64,000 nt of DNA, from the IMG/VR virus record IMGVR_UViG_3300020473_000010, positions 124,001-188,000 of that record; one strand, written 5' to 3'. The notes under the pieces were generated by a model. The model had not been told where the DNA came from. It saw nothing but the letters and a program-made list of their open reading frames with translations, and made no database searches. The translations under genes and the position numbers were made by a program. Shown here piece by piece: positions 7,962 through 17,787 of the stretch. Position 1 is the first letter of the stretch. Each line of letters begins with the position of its first letter.

Positions 7962-10475
7962 TTATCCGCATGCGCCAAAGCCGCATGCAGTACATGTTTG
8001 ACAACCTTCTTGATAAATGATTGTACCTTCAGCACCACAATTTGTACATGTATTAACTGAAGCTTTTGTTCCATCTGCTATATATTTTTTTAAACATCGA
8101 GCGATTACTTTAGAGAAAGAAAACATATCTGCTTCTTTATCTTTTTGAATTTGTTCCACTAAATACTGGACTGGGGCGCCATGGCGTAATGCCAAACTAA
8201 TTGTTCTCGTATATCCTGCATAATTTGGATTATCGAAAACGCTAACAACATCCTTGATAGCCAATGCGTCGTCGTCTTCTCCAATTCTTAAATCGTATTT
8301 ATTTGCTGTAGTTTTATACGATCTTTTAGTGAGGCTTCCAAATTTGTGTTTGCGAGGTACCTCAATTAGCTCTGCTTTTCCACCTATAACTTCATATGGC
8401 CGGCCGTCTAGCAATCCAACAAGAACAACCCATTTGTCATCTTTGACAGCTGTATGGTATATATCACAATCAAGAGTTTCAGGGCGCTTAGGAGCATGTC
8501 TTATTTTTATTTTTTCAGGCTGAGGCTTTTTGTTGGATTCAACTAAAACTCCAGATCTAGATCCATCTCTATAAATAGTAATTCCTTTACATCCAGATTC
8601 CCACCCTGCTTCATAAACTTTTTTAACTGTTTCAACGTCTATATCTTCTGGAAGATTAGTAGTGTTTGATATTGCATGACATACCCATTTTTGGGCTGCA
8701 GCTTGAATCCAAACCTTATTAACCCAATCAATTTCATTGGCTGTTGCCCCAGAATAAGGGCTAATGTTTACCAAGTGTTCATCATCGTACTCTATTTGCG
8801 TATTCATTTCACCAGCGTTAATCTGTGAATCCATCCATTCTTTAAATCTATGGTGATAAACCGTATACTCTTGCCATTTGTCGCCTAAGTCATCAGTGAA
8901 ATCTACTCTAACATCACCATCTTGTGGGTTTATTTTCCTTCGTCGTGTGTAATGCAACATAAATGCTGGTTCAATCCCGGAAGTTGTTTGTGTTAAACAA
9001 GAAACAGATCCAGCTGGAGCAGTTGTCGTGTTGGCAATATTTCTTCGTCCATAAATTTTATAATTGTTATATGTTTCTTCATCTAATTCGTTAAGAATTC
9101 TTTGTAAAAACGGGTGCTCTTTTTCTTTAGATGGATCACAGATTGGAAAACATCCTCTTTCTTTTGCTAGGTTTATTGATTCCGTATAAGATCCTATAGC
9201 TAAATTTTTATAAAAATGTTCAACTATAGAAATACTTTTTTCTGACCCATAAGTTACTCCTAACATAGCAATTGCGTCGCCGACTCCGGTAACACCTAAT
9301 CCCGTTCTTCTTCCTTGGATCGCTCTATCTCGAATAAAAAGCCACAAATCTTTTTCTATTTTCTTTATGTTTTCAGATTCCGGATCTGAATCTAGTTTTT
9401 CTAGAATTTTATCGATCTGCTCTAATTCTAAATCTATCATATCGTCCATTAAGCGTTGACCTTTTTTGACGATGTTTAAATATTTTTTGGTATTAAATTT
9501 GGCTTTATTTGTCCATGGGTGATCAATAAACGCAGTAAGATTTATTAACATTAATCGACAAGAATCGCCTGGGGATAATATTATTTCTCCACAAGGGTTG
9601 GTTGATGTAGAGCCAAAACCTTCATCTGAATAAATGTCTGATGGGGTATTTTTAATTGCAGTATCCCAAAAAAGAATTCCTGGCTCTGCACTTTTGTGTG
9701 CAGATTCTATAATTTCGTTCCATACCTCTTTGGCATTTACCATTGATGTAATTTTTGGTGATTCCGATTCAACAGGCCAGCGGAGCTGATATTCCTCTCC
9801 TGTTTTGACGGCTTTCATAAATTCGTCACTTACCCTAACCGAAATATTAGCACCTGTTACTTTTTTTAGATCTCGTTTAATTTTAACAAAATCTAAAACT
9901 TGTGGATGGTGTACCGAAATTGAAAGCATTAGGGCACCGCGGCGGCCGCCTTGTGCAACTTCTCGACAGGAATTCGAAAATCTTTCCATGAATAACTCTA
10001 TTCCATCGGTAGTTCTAGCAGCGTTTTTGCATGTTACTCCGCGGGGGCGGATATTTGATATATCAAACCCAACACCTCCTCTTCTTTTCATAATCTGAAC
10101 TTGTTGTTGGTCTGTATAAAGGATTCCGCCATAAGAATCTTGTGGAGAATCTATTACAAAACAATTTGATAATGATTGGACCTGGAATGGATTTCCAATT
10201 CCAGACATAGGTGAACCTTGTGGGACAATTTGCTTAAAACCAGAAAACAAATCATAGATTTCTTGGCGAGATAAAGGGTTTGGATATTTTTCTTCAATTC
10301 TAGCGAATTCTGTTGCTAATCTTTTATGCATATCATCCGGATTTAATTCATAATAATTATCATCCAGGTCTCTTAAGGCATATTTGGTAACCCACACGTT
10401 TGTGGCTAATTCATCTCCTCCAAAATATTCTAGCGTGAAATTTTTCACCTCTTCCTTTGTGTAAGTTTTTGGCAT
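7962..10475 (-). CDS. nrdJ: class II (adenosylcobalamin-dependent) ribonucleotide reductase
   Basis: KYALRD, LSNCFV, GGVGFD, QGGRRGA, TNPCGEI, RRTGLG, TTAPAG, SGIEP, CKGITIYRDGSR; C-terminal TSCPD-like region with CxxC...EGCxxCxxCG; no R2 gene adjacent. Confidence 0.88.
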   Translation of the reverse strand: MPKTYTKEEVKNFTLEYFGGDELATNVWVTKYALRDLDDNYYELNPDDMHKRLATEFARIEEKYPNPLSRQEIYDLFSGFKQIVPQGSPMSGIGNPFQVQSLSNCFVIDSPQDSYGGILYTDQQQVQIMKRRGGVGFDISNIRPRGVTCKNAARTTDGIELFMERFSNSCREVAQGGRRGALMLSISVHHPQVLDFVKIKRDLKKVTGANISVRVSDEFMKAVKTGEEYQLRWPVESESPKITSMVNAKEVWNEIIESAHKSAEPGILFWDTAIKNTPSDIYSDEGFGSTSTNPCGEIILSPGDSCRLMLINLTAFIDHPWTNKAKFNTKKYLNIVKKGQRLMDDMIDLELEQIDKILEKLDSDPESENIKKIEKDLWLFIRDRAIQGRRTGLGVTGVGDAIAMLGVTYGSEKSISIVEHFYKNLAIGSYTESINLAKERGCFPICDPSKEKEHPFLQRILNELDEETYNNYKIYGRRNIANTTTAPAGSVSCLTQTTSGIEPAFMLHYTRRRKINPQDGDVRVDFTDDLGDKWQEYTVYHHRFKEWMDSQINAGEMNTQIEYDDEHLVNISPYSGATANEIDWVNKVWIQAAAQKWVCHAISNTTNLPEDIDVETVKKVYEAGWESGCKGITIYRDGSRSGVLVESNKKPQPEKIKIRHAPKRPETLDCDIYHTAVKDDKWVVLVGLLDGRPYEVIGGKAELIEVPRKHKFGSLTKRSYKTTANKYDLRIGEDDDALAIKDVVSVFDNPNYAGYTRTISLALRHGAPVQYLVEQIQKDKEADMFSFSKVIARCLKKYIADGTKASVNTCTNCGAEGTIIYQEGCQTCTACGFGACG

Positions 10476-11878
10476 TAAATATCCTCCTTGGCTGCTTTAA
10501 CTCTCTCCCAAACTTCATTAAGTTTCTTTTTAGGGTTTGTTACGGTTTCGAAATGATCTAGTTCTTCATCTTTTAAGATTTTAAATTTTGATTGGGCTGT
10601 ATTAATTTTAACCGCCCATCGTAGGCCGTCCATACCTGCTCGATTCTTTGCTAAGAACAACCTTCCAAATCCTGTTGCTTTTTCTTCTGGCTTTCTGCTA
10701 AGGCCAACAACAACATCGGAAACTTGGGCCTTTCCATAAGCTTCACCCATGTTTTCTAGCCCAATGATTTCTTCTTTTGCCCCGGCTCGGTTAGACTGAC
10801 TGGCAGTCCAGATTGGAACGTTAAAATCCGCTGCTAGTTGTCTTAGTTCTTCATAAATAAGCTGCAGCTCTAATCTTAACGCGTCATATTGCCGTGTAGA
10901 CTTCATTACATCCGCGTAATCAATTATAACAACTGATGGCCAATAATTTCTTAATTTTAATTTTTCTAAATGGTTTCTAATAGTGTTGACGCTTGCTGTT
11001 CTTGTCGGATAATATTTAATAATTAATTTTCCGTATTCACCATTTTCATATGTAGAAATTACTTTTTCTTTATTATCCATTAAGTCAGAACAATCAATAT
11101 CACAGATATTCGCATCATATCTTTTTCCAGTAAGTGTTTCAGAAAGCTCAAAAGTATAGTGGACAACTGTTTTACCTCTTTTGAGTGCTTCACACCCCAT
11201 TGCAACTAGCCAATGGGATTTTCCAACGCCGGTTGGGGCAACGACAACACCTAATTCTCCTCTTCCTAGCCCACCATCTAAAACTTCTTTTGCATCTAAA
11301 TCTGATATTCCTGTTGGAGTTGTAATTCTTTGGATATCTTGAAATCTTGCTTCAACATCTTCAAAAAACTCATGGCCAATGGAAGAGGGCATTCCTACGG
11401 AAACAGCTTTCCTCATGAGATCAACAACCGGATCAAATTGGTCTCCCTGGACTAATTCAACAGCTTGAGTTAAAGCCTCTTTAAACGCTTGTCTTTTACA
11501 AAAATCTAAAGCTTTATCTTTTACATATGGCAAATCTTGAGGGTTTTTGTTTGCTCTCATCCTTTGAATAAATTGGACAATTTGATCCTTTAAGATTTTT
11601 TCAGAATGTTCTCCTTTTAAATCTTCTCTAATGATTTGGATAAGGAGTTGCATTGTTGGAAAACATCTATATTCTTCAAAATAGCCAAAATATTTTGTAC
11701 AGATATATTGTAAATATTTCAAATCAAAGAATAACGGATTCATTACTTCAATCATTTGTTGAGCCCATTCTTTATCTGTGGCTAAACCTTGAAAGATCTT
11801 TTCTTGAAAACTTTTTCCATATTGACTAAAATTAGTAGTACTGCCAGTTGGTGGCTGGATTCTTAAAGCAGCTGACAT
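10475..11878 (-). CDS. replicative DnaB-like helicase (T4 gp41-like)
   Basis: GGLGRGELGVVVAPTGVGKS, TFELSE, IIDYAD, WTASQSNR, AKNRAG. Confidence 0.92.
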   Translation of the reverse strand: MSAALRIQPPTGSTTNFSQYGKSFQEKIFQGLATDKEWAQQMIEVMNPLFFDLKYLQYICTKYFGYFEEYRCFPTMQLLIQIIREDLKGEHSEKILKDQIVQFIQRMRANKNPQDLPYVKDKALDFCKRQAFKEALTQAVELVQGDQFDPVVDLMRKAVSVGMPSSIGHEFFEDVEARFQDIQRITTPTGISDLDAKEVLDGGLGRGELGVVVAPTGVGKSHWLVAMGCEALKRGKTVVHYTFELSETLTGKRYDANICDIDCSDLMDNKEKVISTYENGEYGKLIIKYYPTRTASVNTIRNHLEKLKLRNYWPSVVIIDYADVMKSTRQYDALRLELQLIYEELRQLAADFNVPIWTASQSNRAGAKEEIIGLENMGEAYGKAQVSDVVVGLSRKPEEKATGFGRLFLAKNRAGMDGLRWAVKINTAQSKFKILKDEELDHFETVTNPKKKLNEVWERVKAAKEDI

Positions 11879-11891
11879 TTTGACTCCGTTT

Positions 11892-12866
11892 TTATTTTGC
11901 TATTGAAGAATTTAGGTTCATAAAAAATACATCGGCATTGAAAGCCCGGGGCATGTCGACACCCTCTGCAACTAAGGCTTTTACTAATCCAAATTTATCT
12001 CTTTTTGTATCTGCGGTATCTATAGAATACTCGAGTCTTTGAATGTGATCTGCGGATAAATTACTAATATCTAATTGCATAATTTTCCAATTTCTTCTGG
12101 CAACATCTGAATTCTCTAACATATTCTTGTACATCTTTAACTGTTTTTGCTTATAACGCTCTTTACATAAACTAAGTATGTCATCCACACTTACAAATTC
12201 TTCAGAGCCTAATTCCGGAAATCGTTTAACTAATGATTTAAAACCACATCCTTTTATACCAGGTATGCCATCAGATGTATCACCAATAAATGTCCGAGCG
12301 GTAATAAAATTTTGAACACTTACTCCATATCTTTCTAGGACATAATTCGAGTCCAATATTTTTTTGCTAGCAGGACTATATTGAACACAATTTTCTGATA
12401 AACATTGGTGCAAATCTTGGTCCATTGAGCAAATAATTTTTTTGTGATTTGGATATTTGTATCTTGCTATATATGCAATGATATCATCAGCTTCACATTG
12501 TTCTACGTACATCTGTTCAACCGGGATGTGCTTTAATAGATTCGTTGTTAAAGCCACCTGGTATAGGAAATTTTCTTCCGTATCAGGGATATCCTCATAG
12601 ATATCGGATCTATTTAGTTTAATTGGTTTTCTATTTAGTTTATACTCAGGAAGGATTGCGCGGCGGCGGGCGGAACCTCCGCCTTCCCAACAAACAATAA
12701 TTTTTGATGGCCTGAATTTTTTTGTAAGCATTCCTAAAGATTTCATGAACCCAACAGCGCCTCCAAGCTGATGACCATGAGATGACATAATTGGAACAAC
12801 GCAATATGCTCTGGCAAAAATATTATATGCGTCGATAAGTAAAATAGGTTTTTCTTCTGTTAGCAT
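11892..12866 (-). CDS. 5'-3' exonuclease / flap endonuclease (T4 RNase H-like)
   Basis: LLIDAYN, YKLNR, EADDIIA, SMDQDLHQ, GDTSDGIPGIKGCG. Confidence 0.9.
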   Translation of the reverse strand: MLTEEKPILLIDAYNIFARAYCVVPIMSSHGHQLGGAVGFMKSLGMLTKKFRPSKIIVCWEGGGSARRRAILPEYKLNRKPIKLNRSDIYEDIPDTEENFLYQVALTTNLLKHIPVEQMYVEQCEADDIIAYIARYKYPNHKKIICSMDQDLHQCLSENCVQYSPASKKILDSNYVLERYGVSVQNFITARTFIGDTSDGIPGIKGCGFKSLVKRFPELGSEEFVSVDDILSLCKERYKQKQLKMYKNMLENSDVARRNWKIMQLDISNLSADHIQRLEYSIDTADTKRDKFGLVKALVAEGVDMPRAFNADVFFMNLNSSIAK

Positions 12867-12875
12867 GGTACTCCT

Positions 12876-14072
12876 TTATGCTTCTGGATCAAAATAATCA
12901 TCATCTAAATTCATTGCGACTTGTCTTACTTCTTCGTAGCTTTCCGGATTTATATCAACCTGATCTGTTTTTCCCATCAAATTTGCAAAAGCAGCATTAA
13001 AAACTACCTCAACATATGGCCCATATTGAGGGCTGTTCCAAACTTCTCCAAAATCAGCTTTATAGAATTTTTTTTCTTCAATTAATTCCCCTGTTTTGCT
13101 ATTACAGACATTAAGTGTTTTCCAGGCGCCGGTGCCCTCAATGGAAATTGCATTATCTTCCCAAATTGTTGGACCGTTATCTTTTGAATATCTTCGAAGA
13201 ACATCGAATGCTTGCTCGTGTTCAATAATTCCTTTTCCAAAATGAATTTCAAAAAGACAAGTTCTAAACGGAGGAGCAACTTTGTTTTTTATTGTTTTCG
13301 CCGAAACATTAATCCCGATAATATTCCCTTTCTTGTCTTTGATTTGTTGTCCTGCACCCAATTTGATTCGTACAGATGAGTGAAAAGGGATTGCCTTACC
13401 CCCGGGTGTAGTAGTAGGATCTCCATACAGAACTCCAACTTTAGTTCTTATTTGGTTTAGGCATACTAGCAAAACATTTTCATTTGCAATAACACCAGTG
13501 ATTTTTCTCATTCCTTTAGATATTACCCGGGCATTTAAACCTATAGTTTCTTTATCATAATCTCCGATTAATTCTGCTTTAGGAGATGTAGCTGCTACAG
13601 AGTCCCAAATAATTGTAATAGGAACATCTTTTTTAAGGGCTTTTGCTTTCAAAATAGTTTTTTCAGCAATTGAAAGAACTTCTTCTGTGCAATGTGTATC
13701 GACATAGACGAAACGATGTTCAATATCAACCCCTAGAGCGTCTAGGTTCTCTACAGAGGTAGCATTTTCAGTATCGATATATACAACTATGCCTCCAGCT
13801 TCTTGCGTGCTCTTCGCGATCTGGATGGCTATATGAGACTTTCCTATCGAAGGTGGACCAAATATTTCAACAATTCTTCCTTCAGGTAAACCGCCTTTTG
13901 TTTTTCCCGATACTATATAATCTAACTGTCTTGAACCAGTTCGAATCCATCTTTTTACATGAGTTGGGGAATCATCAACAGATAGGTTGTATGCAACACG
14001 AGCACCATGATCTTTGTTGAGAGATTTAATTAGGTCCGCGGTGAAATCATCATCTTTTTTCTTTTTAGCCAT
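12876..14072 (-). CDS. RecA/UvsX recombinase
   Basis: GGLPEGRIVEIFGPPSIGKS, YIDTENA, WDSVAA, LNQIRTKVG, TTPGGKAIPFHSSVRI, KNKVAPPF. Confidence 0.95.
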   Translation of the reverse strand: MAKKKKDDDFTADLIKSLNKDHGARVAYNLSVDDSPTHVKRWIRTGSRQLDYIVSGKTKGGLPEGRIVEIFGPPSIGKSHIAIQIAKSTQEAGGIVVYIDTENATSVENLDALGVDIEHRFVYVDTHCTEEVLSIAEKTILKAKALKKDVPITIIWDSVAATSPKAELIGDYDKETIGLNARVISKGMRKITGVIANENVLLVCLNQIRTKVGVLYGDPTTTPGGKAIPFHSSVRIKLGAGQQIKDKKGNIIGINVSAKTIKNKVAPPFRTCLFEIHFGKGIIEHEQAFDVLRRYSKDNGPTIWEDNAISIEGTGAWKTLNVCNSKTGELIEEKKFYKADFGEVWNSPQYGPYVEVVFNAAFANLMGKTDQVDINPESYEEVRQVAMNLDDDYFDPEA

Positions 14073-14104
14073 TTAAACTTACCTCTTAGTTTATCTTCAT
14101 AGTA

Positions 14105-14133
14105 AAATTACGCAATTTTTTTCATTTTTACAA
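14105..14133 (-). promoter_or_regulatory. sigma70-like promoter for recA operon
   Basis: TTGTAA-17 nt-TAATTT directly after a terminator. Confidence 0.55.
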
Positions 14134-14134
14134 T

Positions 14135-14166
14135 AAAAAATGGGGGGGGATTTTCGTCCCCCCCCT
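14135..14166 (-). terminator. intrinsic terminator after SSB gene
   Basis: G8A-CGAAAA-TC8 hairpin followed by ATTTTTT. Confidence 0.85.
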
Positions 14167-14190
14167 GCGCATGCTAAGTTCTACATAGGC

Positions 14191-15003
14191 CTAAAATCCA
14201 ATGTCGCCCTCGAGATCTGCAAACGCATCATCAATATCATCGAAAGACTTTTTAGTATCACCTGATTTTTTTGTTTGAGTCTTTTTCGGAACCTCTGTAT
14301 TTCGAGTGGTGTATGAGGAATTTGTTTCTGATGTATCATTTTCCTCTCCGTCGTCTCCTGTTAGCCAATTATTAACAATTGTCTCAAGCTGCTCATAACT
14401 CTTCATTGTATAAAGATCATCCAAATTAGGAATATTGTTTGTCCATTCTTTGATTTGAGTTTTTGTACCAAGTTCAGTTGTTTTTGGGCGAGGCATTACC
14501 TCGGTCATCGCAAACATTTTGCCTGGAGGCTTTGAACATGTAACTTTTACATCGTGCCCTTCATATACATCGGTGATATCACCATAGTCCGGATCTAGCA
14601 TAATATTAAGCAGAGACTGATAAACAGTTTTGCCAAAAGCCCAAAGTTTTACACCTTCCGACTCTTCACCGCGGACGACTACAGCAGCATATGTTCTCAT
14701 CTTTGGATAAAGCTTTTTAGCCATTTCATAAGATTCTTTGGTTCCTTCATCTTTTAGTTTTTGAATCAGTTCATTAATAGGATCTGGTTTTCCAAATTGA
14801 TAAGGAGCCAAAAGACCCGGGTTATTTCCAATGTTATAATAAAACCAACGTTCCTTAAATGGATTTCCATCGTTGTCAGTAAAACCCAGAATTCTTACTG
14901 TTGCAGTTTCTCCTTCTGGTGGGCGCCACATAGTTCTACGTTTTGAATTTGCTCCTGAAAGCTGGTTTAGTTTTTTGCGAATTGCATCAAAATCAATAGC
15001 CAT
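14191..15003 (-). CDS. single-stranded DNA-binding protein (T4 gp32-like)
   Basis: WRP...VRIL, NPFKERWFYY, GVKLWAFGKTVY, YGDITD..EGHD, acidic C-terminus DDIDDAFADL. Confidence 0.88.
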   Translation of the reverse strand: MAIDFDAIRKKLNQLSGANSKRRTMWRPPEGETATVRILGFTDNDGNPFKERWFYYNIGNNPGLLAPYQFGKPDPINELIQKLKDEGTKESYEMAKKLYPKMRTYAAVVVRGEESEGVKLWAFGKTVYQSLLNIMLDPDYGDITDVYEGHDVKVTCSKPPGKMFAMTEVMPRPKTTELGTKTQIKEWTNNIPNLDDLYTMKSYEQLETIVNNWLTGDDGEENDTSETNSSYTTRNTEVPKKTQTKKSGDTKKSFDDIDDAFADLEGDIGF

Positions 15004-15098
15004 TTTTTTCTCCTAAATGTTTAAATTTTTAATTGTTTTAATGATGTTTGTTACCGAAGTAACATTAATAATATACTGGTTTTTATTTAAATTTATAA
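15004..15098 (-). promoter_or_regulatory. SSB promoter and candidate translational operator
   Basis: TTATAA-17-TATATT (15098-15070); 5' hairpin TGTTAC-TTCG-GTAACA (15049-15064); A/U-rich TTAAA repeats before AGGAG. Confidence 0.55.
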
Positions 15099-15100
15099 AT

Positions 15101-15469
15101 TTATTTTTTTGATTTTTTCTTTTTCTTTGATGATTTTTTATATGATGGTCTTTCCGGATCATAAGGATTAGGCGAACCTTTTCCGCCATCTGAACCAGTA
15201 CCAAGAGGTGTCATTGGACCAGAAACTCCGCCGGCTGCTAAGGCATTCATTTCGTCTAATTCTTTACATGCATTCTTGGGTTTTGGTGGAGGCGGTTTTG
15301 GAGCAAATGATAGAAATTCATCTTGAGATCTACTTTTTTCATTAGTTTGATCAGGCTCTCCTAAGAGATCATCGTTGTCATCTTTCTTTTTTCCTTCACA
15401 GCCTTCTACTTCTAATATTAAGTTGCTAATATATTTTCTCAACATTGCTTCATATAAAGCTTTTGACAT
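15101..15469 (-). CDS. hypothetical, probable late/virion-internal protein
   Basis: AGGAG SD; late motif 15496-15510; N-terminal LRKYISNLILE segment. Confidence 0.7.
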   Translation of the reverse strand: MSKALYEAMLRKYISNLILEVEGCEGKKKDDNDDLLGEPDQTNEKSRSQDEFLSFAPKPPPPKPKNACKELDEMNALAAGGVSGPMTPLGTGSDGGKGSPNPYDPERPSYKKSSKKKKKSKK

Positions 15470-15534
15470 TATAATCTCCTCTTTTAAGTCTTAGTATAAC
15501 TATTAATTATCTTCAAAGTAGGGGATTTTCATAT

Positions 15535-16068
15535 CTAATTTGACAAAAGTCTAGAAGCTAACAAAAGTTTTCCCATATGGTTTAACGGCTTATTTAAATA
15601 AACACTTTGAATTGCGTTGTATTCTTCCTCTGTTAATTTAACTCCAAATGCTGTTAACAATTGAAATGTAAATTGAATTGAGTTAAATTCATATAAGCTT
15701 TGATTTTTTTTGTAATGCATTCCTAATTTTTCATAGTGCCAATCGCTGTCTTGGGGTAAGCATAAATCTTCTGATAGTGTACCAACTCTTCCAATGTCAT
15801 GCAATAAAGCAACCTTAAACAAACTTTTTGGTTCGCACTGTTTTCCTGTTGCTGCATTAAGTTTTCTCATCATCGTAAGAGTGTTCAAGATAGATACCAA
15901 TAATCCACCATCCTCGCATCCATACTCATCCTTCTGCGGGTTTGCGGGAGCTATGGCTAGTCTCTCACCAATTCCCTCGAGGAGATCCTTTAGATTGTCA
16001 TCTTCAAACCTTTCAATAATCTCCGTATATTGTTCGAAGTTCTGTTTTATATTTTCAAACTCAGCCAT
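15535..16068 (-). CDS. HD-domain-like protein, degenerate active site
   Basis: APA...GGL...ALLHDIGRVG...LPQDSDWH; GGAG SD before ATG 16068; promoter TTATAA-17-TAGAAT at 16137-16109. Confidence 0.7.
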   Translation of the reverse strand: MAEFENIKQNFEQYTEIIERFEDDNLKDLLEGIGERLAIAPANPQKDEYGCEDGGLLVSILNTLTMMRKLNAATGKQCEPKSLFKVALLHDIGRVGTLSEDLCLPQDSDWHYEKLGMHYKKNQSLYEFNSIQFTFQLLTAFGVKLTEEEYNAIQSVYLNKPLNHMGKLLLASRLLSN

Positions 16069-16141
16069 TTGCTTCTCCACTAGTAGTATTGTTTAATAAT
16101 CTTATAATATTCTACTAGGGAAAAGATTGGTTTATAAATGT

Positions 16142-16708
16142 TTATAAATTCCAAGTACCTGATCTACCATTCTTTGAGAAATATACTAATATACTATCTC
16201 CGGAGACTTCTACCTCTAAAGCTGAATTAATATCTGATTTTGTTACTTGGGCTGCTTGTCCAGAAATAACAGCTGCTATACATAAATTTTTTATCCAAAA
16301 ACAACATATTCGCTTTGATTGTTGTGGTAAAGGTTGACCTTTTTTGTTGAGTACCCCTTGCTGCCAAAGAGGAGTACATTGTATTAAAACCCCTTTATTG
16401 CTTCCAGCATTGTTTGATACTAAAGTTGCTGAGTCAAATACTTTTGATGGATTATCTGAACCTATGAATTGCTGGCAAATTTTACTTAAATCGGTGATGC
16501 AATTATCTTTTCCTTTTCCCGATGGAGTGCCGGCTATTCCAAATGAGGCCATAATTTTTTGGGCACCGTCTACTGTTACGGCTAAAGATTTGTATTCTTT
16601 TTGTTCGTCAGAATATCTAATTCCTCTAAATATTGATTGGGTTTCTAAATCAATACGAGGCAAGTCTTTAGATTCAGATAGTAAGATATGTTCCCATAAA
16701 GATTTCAT
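16142..16708 (-). CDS. hypothetical protein
   Basis: 188-aa ORF abutting the polymerase stop codon. Confidence 0.7.
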   Translation of the reverse strand: MKSLWEHILLSESKDLPRIDLETQSIFRGIRYSDEQKEYKSLAVTVDGAQKIMASFGIAGTPSGKGKDNCITDLSKICQQFIGSDNPSKVFDSATLVSNNAGSNKGVLIQCTPLWQQGVLNKKGQPLPQQSKRICCFWIKNLCIAAVISGQAAQVTKSDINSALEVEVSGDSILVYFSKNGRSGTWNL

Positions 16709-17752
16709 TTATAACTCCGATACCGTAACTGGTAATTCAATTCCTTCAATTATTTGCAGCTTGTCTGGAATTTTGCCGCTACCACTAATTATGAGGCCAT
16801 CATGAATAACCCAGTGAGGAATTATATCATTTGATGATTCAACAAGATTTGCGAACCCTAAAAGAGAGGCGTCGACGGCTGTACTTTGTAGCCACAAAGC
16901 TAATAATTTCCGACCTATAGTTTTTTTTACCTCAATTGGTCTCCCAAAATAATTTTCTATCCAACCATCACTTACTTCAGATTCAAGTTGCGAAACCCAT
17001 TCATCTAAAGCAAAAAGCCTAGAAATTTCCGGAACAACTCTACTTCCATACATACTAGAAATTATTGAAACTTTTATATATGACCTGTCACCATTAATGT
17101 TTAATTCTTTAGCAGCCCAATCATAGAGATCACCATCAACCGTTTTTCCTATAAGGGCTAATAGCAATCTAGGTTCCATCGAAGAAAAATCTATAGACTT
17201 TCCTTTAATTACATTTCTGTGTTCTGATTTCATTGTTAAACAATTTGGGCCTGAGGCTACAGTTAATCTTCCGGTTTTTGTATGTGCACGATTATATTTT
17301 ACTTTAGGGAATTTTCCATTTTTTAAAATAAAACCTGGATAATTTATATTCATTGCCTCTAGAGATCGAAACCTTGTAATGTTTGCTATTGCTGGCTGCA
17401 GGGAGTATAAAAAGTCTTGAGTTTTTTTATAGGTAGGAATATATTTGTGGTTTTCTATTTTTTTATAAAAGTCAAATATGTTTGGGATTATTTCTTTTAG
17501 CCTTTTTTTATATGGTAATCCTATTAAGCCAAAATAATATGGATTGTTCAAGCCTAAAACATTGGCCATTTTTTGATATTTTTCTTCGACAAGAAAAGGA
17601 GGTTGTTCTCCAAACATTTTCATTAATGGATCGATAGAATATTTATGATCACCAAAAACTAAATCATCTTCTTGTATTTCTTTCCAAGAAAATGTTCCAT
17701 CATACCCTAGATGGTTTTCGGAACCAAGATATTTTCCATTTACAACTAACAT
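16709..17752 (-). CDS. minimal family A DNA polymerase (polymerase domain only)
   Basis: TKTGRL...GPN, motif A DFSSMEPRLL, motif B RSYIKVSIISSMYG, NYFGR, LQSTAVD, motif C IHDG. Confidence 0.8.
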   Translation of the reverse strand: MLVVNGKYLGSENHLGYDGTFSWKEIQEDDLVFGDHKYSIDPLMKMFGEQPPFLVEEKYQKMANVLGLNNPYYFGLIGLPYKKRLKEIIPNIFDFYKKIENHKYIPTYKKTQDFLYSLQPAIANITRFRSLEAMNINYPGFILKNGKFPKVKYNRAHTKTGRLTVASGPNCLTMKSEHRNVIKGKSIDFSSMEPRLLLALIGKTVDGDLYDWAAKELNINGDRSYIKVSIISSMYGSRVVPEISRLFALDEWVSQLESEVSDGWIENYFGRPIEVKKTIGRKLLALWLQSTAVDASLLGFANLVESSNDIIPHWVIHDGLIISGSGKIPDKLQIIEGIELPVTVSEL

Positions 17753-17758
17753 AAATAA

Positions 17759-17787
17759 ATTATAGGTTTAAAATTGTAATTTTACAT
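17759..17787 (-). promoter_or_regulatory. sigma70-like promoter, predicted leaderless transcript
   Basis: ATGTAA-17-TATAAT-6 nt-ATG, no SD. Confidence 0.65.

Noticed and set aside
14142-14165. G8/C8 homopolymers as phase-variation tracts
   Set aside because: They are intergenic and complementary, forming the terminator stem.
15535-17752. PolA plus HD protein as a 2-aminoadenine (DpoZ/DatZ) system
   Set aside because: No purZ in the window, the HD site is degenerate, and the polymerase is too small and lacks exonuclease.
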